Assembly: GCA_963528875.1 (NCBI GenBank) | Contig: CAURWT010000002.1 | Span: 30,001 to 62,000 of the forward strand | Length of the DNA: 32,000 nucleotides | Source of the DNA: an uncultured Candidatus Saccharimonas sp. | Lineage (GTDB): Bacteria > Patescibacteriota > Saccharimonadia > Saccharimonadales > Saccharimonadaceae | Direction of reading: 5' to 3' | In this document: positions 27,304 to 32,000 of the stretch, one piece after another | How positions within the stretch are numbered: position 1 is the stretch's first letter | Layout: each line of letters opens with the position of its first letter | The notes under the pieces: generated by a model | What the model saw: only the letters and a program-made list of their open reading frames with translations | The model's database searches: none | What the model was told of the DNA's origin: nothing | Made by a program: the position numbers and the translations under genes

Positions 27304-27813
27304 TTACTTTTTGGAAACAACGTTTTTATTAATCCTAAGAGCTTTATCTATCATATACTCAGAATTTGATAAATTATGATTAATAAGTTCAAGTTCTTGC
27401 GTTCGAGAATATTTGTGAAATTCAGGTGTCGCTAGAATCATCCCATCTTCAACGCAAATACAAACCTGGTAAAGATTGAAACCGAATGACGAAATTAGAT
27501 CTGTAATATTATGATACTTTCGTTCAAATCCTTGTTTAAAAATCGCATCCGTATCTTTGATTCTCCAAATATCAAAAAGTTGTCCGCGATAGTTAATTCT
27601 AAAACCTTTGTGATTATTATTTTCGACAAAAGTTCCGCCCAGATCTTCAAGCCGTTTACGAATTTTTGAAACAGCTACATCTGTTTTTACCACAATATCA
27701 ATATCGTGATTTTGAACAGAATCAATGCAAAGAGCTTTATAGACTGCAAAACTCCCCACAATATAAACCCGCCCAAAATCTTTTAGAACTTCAAGTACTT
27801 CACGATTTTCCAT
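27304..27813 (-). CDS. Small pol-beta-superfamily nucleotidyltransferase (169 aa)
   Basis: VYIVGSFAVYKALCIDSVQNHDIDIVV fits the G[SG]-x(9-13)-DxD NTase motif and resembles the head motif of class II CCA-adding / Lnu-ANT(2'')-type enzymes (from memory). RBS GGAGG precedes ATG 27813; the track N-terminal extension to 27885 covers the promoter. Confidence 0.6.
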   Translation of the reverse strand: MENREVLEVLKDFGRVYIVGSFAVYKALCIDSVQNHDIDIVVKTDVAVSKIRKRLEDLGGTFVENNNHKGFRINYRGQLFDIWRIKDTDAIFKQGFERKYHNITDLISSFGFNLYQVCICVEDGMILATPEFHKYSRTQELELINHNLSNSEYMIDKALRINKNVVSKK

Positions 27814-27841
27814 TTTTAAACCTCCAAAGCGTGATTTTAAA

Positions 27842-27870
27842 ATTATAGCATAGTTAAAAATTAAAGACAA
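27842..27870 (-). promoter_or_regulatory. Sigma70-type promoter of the nucleotidyltransferase gene
   Basis: Minus strand: TTGTCT (27870-27865), 17 bp, TGcTATAAT (-10 at 27847-27842). Confidence 0.55.
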
Positions 27871-28055
27871 GAAAAAACATAGCAAAGCTGAGGGCTATAG
27901 AGGTTTATATTAAACTAATGCCATTTCTTACAAGCAATGTGCTTTAACAATATTTTTCACGCTAATCACATTTTCATATTCGTAATTTTCCGTCGAACAA
28001 TCTTAACAAAATTTTACACAATGAGTTAATAGTCCTAAAATAAACAAATTGAAGC

Positions 28056-28084
28056 TTGAAATTTTAAAAAAAATATGCTAAAAT
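28056..28084 (+). promoter_or_regulatory. Sigma70-type promoter of rplK (about 50-nt leader)
   Basis: TTGAAA (28056-28061), 17 bp, TGcTAAAAT (-10 at 28079-28084). Confidence 0.55.
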
Positions 28085-28136
28085 TAATACGTTACGCACT
28101 TGAATTATCAAGTATAAAATTATTTAAAGGGAAATT

Positions 28137-28562
28137 ATGGCAAAAAAAGTTATTGGAAATTTGAAACTTCGAATCCCAGCCGGCCGTGCAACAGCAGGTC
28201 CTCCAGTTGGTTCAACACTTGGTCAATGGGGTCTAAATATGATGGACTTCATCAACCCATTCAATGAAAAAACTAAAGATATGATGGGCAAAGATGTAAT
28301 TGTTCACCTTCAAGTTTTCGAAGACCGAACTTTCACTTGGAAATCACTTGGTCAACCAGTTGATGATATGATTCGAGACCGAGCAGGAATCCAAAAAGGT
28401 GCAGGAAATTCAAAAACTGACAAAGTTGGTAAAATTACAAAAGCTCAATTGCAAGAAATTGCTGAAGCTAAAATGGAACACTTAAATGCAGTTTCGCTTG
28501 AAGGCGCTATGAAAACTATCGCCGGTACAGCTCGTTCAATGGGTGTTGAAATTACTGAATAA
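28137..28562 (+). CDS. rplK: 50S ribosomal protein L11
   Basis: IKLRIPAGRATAGPPVGSTLGQ..., 141 aa. RBS AAAGGGA. Confidence 0.96.
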   Translation: MAKKVIGNLKLRIPAGRATAGPPVGSTLGQWGLNMMDFINPFNEKTKDMMGKDVIVHLQVFEDRTFTWKSLGQPVDDMIRDRAGIQKGAGNSKTDKVGKITKAQLQEIAEAKMEHLNAVSLEGAMKTIAGTARSMGVEITE

Positions 28563-28575
28563 TATTCTTAAAAAT

Positions 28576-28595
28576 CGCTCTTCTGGGCGGTTTTT
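28576..28595 (+). terminator. Probable intrinsic terminator after rplK
   Basis: CGCTC-ttct-GGGCG (one G-U pair) followed by GTTTTT. Confidence 0.5.
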
Positions 28596-28598
28596 AAA

Positions 28599-28627
28599 TT
28601 GCAAAAAAAACTTTTCTATGTTATACT
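28599..28627 (+). promoter_or_regulatory. Sigma70-type promoter, leaderless configuration (tgt)
   Basis: TTGCAA (28599-28604), 17 bp, TATACT (28622-28627), 7 nt, ATG 28635. Confidence 0.55.
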
Positions 28628-28634
28628 TTAACAG

Positions 28635-29906
28635 ATGAAAAAAGCTTTAAGTTTCGAAATTAAAACTCGCCTTAATGGCACTTTGGCAAGAACTGGAGTA
28701 ATTCAAACTCCACACGGTGAAATTAAAACCCCAGTTTATATTGCAGGCGGAACTAATGCAACAGTGAAAGCAATGACGCCTGAGCAAATCCGCTCAACTG
28801 GTGCGCAAGCCGTACTAGCAAACACCTACCATCTAATGCTTCGGCCTGGTGTAGATATTCTAGCGAAAGCTGGCGGAATCCATAAGTTCATGAATTGGAA
28901 CGCACCAACCTTTACTGATTCAGGCGGTTTTCAAGTTTTTTCACTTGGAATGGCTTACAAAAAGGGAATTGACGCAACTTCACACATTTCGAAGGGTGAT
29001 TCAAATTTAGCACGCCATAATTCAAATCAGCTCGCAAAAGTTGGTGAAGATGGAGTTTGGTTTAAATCTCACATTTCGGGCGAAAAGATTTTTATGAGCC
29101 CTGAAATTTCAATGGAGCTTCAGCATAAAATTGGCGCCGATATTCACATGGCTTTTGATGAATTGACTTCGCCACTAGCTGGCCGAGCACAAATTAAATC
29201 CGCATTAGATAAAACTCATTTTTGGGCTGAAAAGTGTTTGAAACGCCACAACGAATTAAATACCGAACATATCACAAAAGGCGAAAATCTGCAGGCGCTT
29301 TTTGCGGTGGTTCAAGGTGCGCGCGAAGAAGATTTTCGAAAAGAAAGTGCGAGTTTTTTGGGGTCGAAAAACTTTGATGGCTTTGGGATTGGTGGAATTT
29401 TTCAGCCAGAAGAAATCCCTGAAGTTCTAACTTGGGTGAACACAACCTTGCCAGAAGAAAAGCCACGGCATCTGTTAGGAATGGGTGCGCAGCCGGCCGA
29501 TCTATTTTTAGGTGTGGAATTTGGTATTGACACATTTGACTGTGTGGCGCCAACTCGTCAAGCTCGAAACGGTGCAATCTTTACTTATTCTGGGCGAATT
29601 AATATTAAAAATGCCAAGTTTAAAGAAGACTTCACACCGATTGATAACGATTGCAATTGTTATACTTGCCAAAATTTCACAAAAGCTTATGTTAATCATC
29701 TTTTCCGTGCGGACGAAATTCTTGCCAGCACACTTGCTTCAATTCATAATGAATTTTTCGTAATTAATACAGTTGACAAAATCCGTGAAAGTCTTGAAAA
29801 TGGCACTTTTTTTGAATATAAACGCCAATTTTTAACAAAATATTATGGTAAAGAGCGAGCAAAAGATTTCGAAACTAAGCAAAATGAAGATTCGTTGCAA
29901 AATTAA
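28635..29906 (+). CDS. tgt: tRNA-guanine transglycosylase (queuine tRNA-ribosyltransferase)
   Basis: LANTYHL, FTDSGGFQVFSL, FAVVQG, LLGMG, zinc site CNCYTCQNFTKAYVNHL. Confidence 0.93.
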   Translation: MKKALSFEIKTRLNGTLARTGVIQTPHGEIKTPVYIAGGTNATVKAMTPEQIRSTGAQAVLANTYHLMLRPGVDILAKAGGIHKFMNWNAPTFTDSGGFQVFSLGMAYKKGIDATSHISKGDSNLARHNSNQLAKVGEDGVWFKSHISGEKIFMSPEISMELQHKIGADIHMAFDELTSPLAGRAQIKSALDKTHFWAEKCLKRHNELNTEHITKGENLQALFAVVQGAREEDFRKESASFLGSKNFDGFGIGGIFQPEEIPEVLTWVNTTLPEEKPRHLLGMGAQPADLFLGVEFGIDTFDCVAPTRQARNGAIFTYSGRINIKNAKFKEDFTPIDNDCNCYTCQNFTKAYVNHLFRADEILASTLASIHNEFFVINTVDKIRESLENGTFFEYKRQFLTKYYGKERAKDFETKQNEDSLQN

Positions 29907-30117
29907 GCCAAATTCAAAAAAAGGGAATCTCATTCAAAAATCACAAGATGAAAACGGTGAGTTTTTTGAGATTTTTATTCGTGAGCCAGCAATTGAAGGT
30001 AAAGCAAATCTGGCGGTAATCAAATTATTAAGCGAAGAATTTGGCGTTTCGAAAAGCAAAGTTTCCTTAAAAACCGGTGTAAAATCACGATTTAAGATTT
30101 TCGAAATTGAAAAATAA
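29884..30117 (+). CDS. DUF167 (YggU-like) protein
   Basis: IKPNSKKGNL...EPAIEGKANLAVIKLLSEEFGVSKSKVSLKTGVKSRFKIFEI. Overlaps the tgt 3' end. Start 29884 preferred over 29845 (uncertain). Confidence 0.7.
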   Translation: MKIRCKIKPNSKKGNLIQKSQDENGEFFEIFIREPAIEGKANLAVIKLLSEEFGVSKSKVSLKTGVKSRFKIFEIEK

Positions 30118-30245
30118 CAATTTTACTTCCATAAAAGCAATTCTATTTTAGTCATAATTAAATAGAAAAAGAAGACTATTCCTTCGATTTTTAGTTGGCA
30201 GGTTTAATCTATAACACAAATAACTATAATATTTTATATAATAAT

Positions 30246-30274
30246 TTTACAATCAGTCCATTTTATAGTATAAT
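30246..30274 (+). promoter_or_regulatory. Sigma70-type promoter, leaderless configuration (30281 ORF)
   Basis: TTTACA (30246-30251), 17 bp, TATAAT (30269-30274), 6 nt, ATG 30281. Confidence 0.55.
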
Positions 30275-30280
30275 TTAGTT

Positions 30281-30610
30281 ATGTTTAAAGAATTATCTCG
30301 ATTAATTAGAGATTACGCAGAAAATCAATCAACCGATTCAGTGAAGCGATATTATAACGACATCGCAGACGCTTTAGATGATGAAGAGTTTCTTCAGACT
30401 CTATCAAACACAGGAGTTTTAAATCAACTAGATTATCTTCTGGATAACTTCGACTACTATATATCCAATGCAGGCAATCACCAGAATGCATTAAATACAA
30501 TCTATACTAACTATGTTATATATAGATCAGAACCAAAGCAGGCTATCAGTAATTTTTTGGAAAAAATTAAAAATTTTGAAAAAAAATTAAAGAAAGTGAA
30601 GAAAGCTTAG
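30281..30610 (+). CDS. Hypothetical protein; probably the N-terminal part of a gene split at an A8 tract
   Basis: 109-aa ORF with no recognisable domain. Ends shortly after the A8 run at 30579-30586. Confidence 0.5.
   Translation: MFKELSRLIRDYAENQSTDSVKRYYNDIADALDDEEFLQTLSNTGVLNQLDYLLDNFDYYISNAGNHQNALNTIYTNYVIYRSEPKQAISNFLEKIKNFEKKLKKVKKA
30579..30586 (+). other. A8 homopolymer at the overlap of the two reading frames (candidate frameshift / slippage site)
   Basis: Frame of the 30652 ORF is open back to TGA 30577-30579. One extra A would fuse both ORFs. Confidence 0.6.
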
Positions 30611-30651
30611 AAATAATTAAAAAAGTCGCAGGTGATATATCTGGTGCTGAG

Positions 30652-31152
30652 ATGTTAGAAAAGTATGCTAGATTTTTTGATAAAGAAGCTAAAAAGCATA
30701 AAGAGGAATCGAGAAAGTGGCTAAAATGGTTAACTATATCCGTTATTATATTTACTGCTATTGTTGCATTACTTTTGTTTGTTCAAATTTCTAACTTCTC
30801 TATTATTAAAGACTGGATAGCTAATGATATAAAATGGTTAGCTAATCTAAACACCTTGATGCTTGTTATAAAAGGCTCAATAATTATAGCTTATGTTCAA
30901 ATTCCGCTATTTATTAGAAAAAATTACTTTGCAGAAAAACATTTAGAGCAGTCCTCAATCCATCGCAGAAATGTATTAAGAGCTCTGCACGCCGTCTATA
31001 AAACAATAAGCAATCCTGAAGAAAAGGATAAGATACTCACAGTCGGAGCAACTATTGCATTCTCAGAACCAGAAAGCGGATTTATTACTAGAAAAGAAGG
31101 TGCTGGCGGAGATGACAATATTGAAGCTATTTTAAAGGTAATCAGTAAATAA
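30652..31152 (+). CDS. Hypothetical membrane protein (two TM helices); probably the C-terminal part of the split gene
   Basis: 166-aa ORF. TM helices LTISVIIFTAIVALLLFV and LMLVIKGSIIIAYVQIPLFI. No SD or promoter upstream of its ATG. Confidence 0.5.
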   Translation: MLEKYARFFDKEAKKHKEESRKWLKWLTISVIIFTAIVALLLFVQISNFSIIKDWIANDIKWLANLNTLMLVIKGSIIIAYVQIPLFIRKNYFAEKHLEQSSIHRRNVLRALHAVYKTISNPEEKDKILTVGATIAFSEPESGFITRKEGAGGDDNIEAILKVISK

Positions 31153-31160
31153 AAGCAAAA

Positions 31161-31202
31161 AACGGCAGCGATGCCCGAACCAAAATCGGGTACATTACCG
31201 TT
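31161..31202. terminator. Long imperfect bidirectional hairpin between convergent ORFs
   Basis: AACGGCAGCGATGCCCGA-accaaaa-TCGGGTACATTACCGTT. A-run upstream and T-run downstream, so it is usable on both strands. Confidence 0.6.
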
Positions 31203-31221
31203 CTTTTATACTTTAATAGCG

Positions 31222-31335
31222 CTACAAAATAAAAAAATCAATATTATCTAATTGTTTTGCCGGTTTGAGTTTTAATTTCGAGTTCTTGATTTTTTCAAGC
31301 TCTTGTTCAAACTCGGTTTCGTTAGTATTTTGCAT
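31222..31335 (-). CDS. 37-aa hypothetical small protein
   Basis: Below the track cutoff. AAGGAG sits 6 nt before the ATG. MQNTNETEFEQELEKIKNSKLKLKPAKQLDNIDFFIL, stop TAG, followed by the bidirectional terminator. Confidence 0.45.
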   Translation of the reverse strand: MQNTNETEFEQELEKIKNSKLKLKPAKQLDNIDFFIL

Positions 31336-31346
31336 AATTTACTCCT

Positions 31347-31410
31347 TTTTAGTGAGCGGTTTGAACTGAAGTATGGTTGGGTGGATTCTAGCTCGAATCG
31401 CTCACTAAAA
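31347..31410. repeat. 12-bp perfect inverted repeat with 40-nt spacer, abutting the SD of the 37-aa ORF
   Basis: TTTTAGTGAGCG (31347-31358) and CGCTCACTAAAA (31399-31410). Inner stem GATTC-gagcta-GAATC on the minus strand. Confidence 0.7.
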
Positions 31411-31654
31411 GTTATAATTTTGAAGTTTCCTAGTCTAATTGCTTAAGCTCTAAATTATTGCTGATTAGCTCGCTTTCGAAAGGGAAGACTTCTATTAAAT
31501 AATGCCAGATTGTTAATAAACACACCTATTATCAGGTTTTTGTTAGACTGATGAAGAGGCTTAAAACCAAAGTCCCCTCAATTCGTATAACAAAAAAGAG
31601 TGCAGCATCGCCATAACACTACGCTCTTTTGGTCTTATCTTTTTCTATATAATT

Positions 31655-31698
31655 AAAAAGCCAAGACAAAGTGTTTACAATAAACATCTCATCTTGGC
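31655..31698 (-). terminator. Terminator hairpin immediately after tRNA-Gln
   Basis: Minus strand: GCCAAGA-25 nt (with inner GTTTA/TAAAC stem)-TCTTGGC followed by TTTTT. The 5' arm includes the tRNA GCCA end. Confidence 0.55.
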
Positions 31699-31769
31699 TG
31701 GGATGGAGGGATTCGAACCCCCGAATGGCGGGACCAGAACCCGCTGCCTTACCACTTGGCGACATCCCA
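31695..31769 (-). tRNA. tRNA-Gln, anticodon CUG, CCA encoded
   Basis: Minus-strand sequence TGGGATGTCGCCAAGTGGTAAGGCAGCGGGTTCTGGTCCCGCCATTCGGGGGTTCGAATCCCTCCATCCCAGCCA folds as a cloverleaf: 7-bp acceptor, anticodon loop TTCTGGT, T-loop TTCGAAT. It closely parallels E. coli tRNA-Gln. Confidence 0.93.
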
Positions 31770-31779
31770 ATACTTTTCA

Positions 31780-31808
31780 ATTATATCAAAAAAAATAATG
31801 CTTTTCAA
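31780..31808 (-). promoter_or_regulatory. Sigma70-type promoter of tRNA-Gln
   Basis: Minus strand: TTGAAA (31808-31803), 17 bp, TATAAT (31785-31780), about 10 nt to the tRNA 5' end. Confidence 0.6.
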
Positions 31809-31829
31809 GAGCTTTTCGAAAGCCTTTTA

Positions 31830-31858
31830 TTGACAAAACTCATATTTTCTGCTATAAT
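31830..31858 (+). promoter_or_regulatory. Consensus sigma70 promoter of the last gene
   Basis: TTGACA (31830-31835), 17 bp, TATAAT (31853-31858). Leader carries GGAGG. Confidence 0.65.
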
Positions 31859-31902
31859 TTAATTATTCAAGCTTTTGCTAGAACTTTTCAGGAGGACTTA
31901 AA

Positions 31903-32000
31903 ATGATTGACCTTTTATTACAAACTGTGATTGTCGAAGCAATTCAAAGAAATTCAGTCTTACGATTCGAGATGGACGGAAACAAAGTTGTACACATACA
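31903..32000 (+). CDS. 5' end of an unidentified gene (continues beyond the window)
   Basis: RBS GGAGG 7 nt upstream. MIDLLLQTVIVEAIQRNSVLRFEMDGNKVVHI. Very weak resemblance to the start of PilT/GspE-type ATPases; not assignable. Confidence 0.5.
   Translation, partial: MIDLLLQTVIVEAIQRNSVLRFEMDGNKVVHI

Larger units (their letters stand above)
174..31820. repeat. Dispersed, strongly over-represented palindrome TTCGAA (mostly TTTCGAAA / TTTTCGAAAA)
   Basis: Manual scan gives roughly 105-110 copies across coding DNA (all three phases) and intergenic DNA. First copy at 174-179, last at 31815-31820. Confidence 0.8.

Noticed and set aside
12997-27885. N-terminal extensions in the ORF track starting at TTG/GTG or upstream ATG (12997, 13032, 15314, 16651, 9854, 24880, 27885)
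   Set aside because: The extensions run through promoter -35/-10 boxes or lie upstream of clear RBS-ATG pairs, and they encode non-protein-like hydrophobic strings. Downstream ATGs fit the promoter/RBS geometry and typical family N-termini.
4024-29763. Many 60-140-aa ORFs nested in or antisense to larger genes (e.g. 4024..4452, 5378..5722, 6769..7068, 9536..9829, 10532..10840, 13977..14207, 14657..14926, 17650..17898, 22861..23121, 24981..25289, 29272..29577)
   Set aside because: Each overlaps a longer ORF with recognisable conserved motifs. None has initiation signals. Such ORFs are expected by chance in frames opposite to AT-rich coding sequence.
31336-31416. preQ1-type riboswitch in front of the 37-aa ORF (considered because tgt is nearby)
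   Set aside because: The hairpin plus A-rich tail only superficially resembles preQ1-I. The conserved loop and tail nucleotides are not evident, and the downstream ORF is not a queuosine transporter or biosynthesis gene.
30118-31769. Classical integrated element (genomic island/prophage remnant) at tRNA-Gln
   Set aside because: No integrase or recombinase ORF. I could find no direct repeat of the tRNA 3' end (att-like) at the distal boundary near 30120-30280. The patch is reported only as a compositional anomaly.
31671-31862. 63-aa plus-strand ORF
   Set aside because: It is the reverse complement of tRNA-Gln plus its promoter region. The tRNA cloverleaf explains the sequence.
1-32000. Alternative genetic code (UGA recoding as in some CPR lineages or Mollicutes)
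   Set aside because: All conserved genes (dnaB, tgt, mnmA, tig, ribosomal proteins) are full length under the standard code, with Trp encoded by TGG and no need to read through TGA.
1-32000. CRISPR arrays, IS elements, rRNA genes
   Set aside because: No regularly spaced direct repeats, no transposase-like ORFs with terminal inverted repeats, and no rRNA-like conserved stretches were seen on either strand.

Overview
AT-rich (about one-third G+C by eye), very gene-dense bacterial chromosomal segment read with the standard code; all conserved genes are full length without UGA recoding. Content is mostly housekeeping: two ABC exporter half-transporter genes (minus strand), iscS-DUF218-mnmA, rpsL-rpsG, a TMEM175-like channel, rsmD, an FAD-linked oxidase, a SpoU methyltransferase, tig, a UvrD/PD-(D/E)XK helicase-nuclease with a coupled zinc-ribbon protein, dnaX-dnaB, an orphan histidine kinase, secE-nusG, rplK, tgt, a DUF167 gene and tRNA-Gln(CUG). 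Small proteins, Lys-rich tails and broken ribosomal-protein clusters suggest a reduced-genome lineage such as CPR/Patescibacteria (inference, low confidence). No CRISPR array, IS element, integrase or rRNA gene was seen. Main observations: (1) the palindrome TTCGAA, usually TTTCGAAA, occurs roughly once per 300 bp in all reading frames and in non-coding DNA, like a highly iterated palindrome or uptake-type signal; (2) it is absent from a few patches that hold the accessory-looking genes; (3) at least nine genes have a TTGnnn-17 bp-TAnAAT promoter ending 6-9 nt before the ATG, so they look leaderless, which corrects several ORF-track starts; (4) a tRNA-Gln-proximal, motif-free 1.6 kb patch carries a membrane-protein gene split at an A8 tract and a 37-aa ORF; (5) a pol-beta-type nucleotidyltransferase gene is inserted antisense between nusG and rplK; (6) two short ORFs below the track cutoff have strong RBSs, one being a 46-aa DnaJ-type zinc-finger mini-protein. 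I cannot show that any of these is a new functional system; all need computational or experimental checks.
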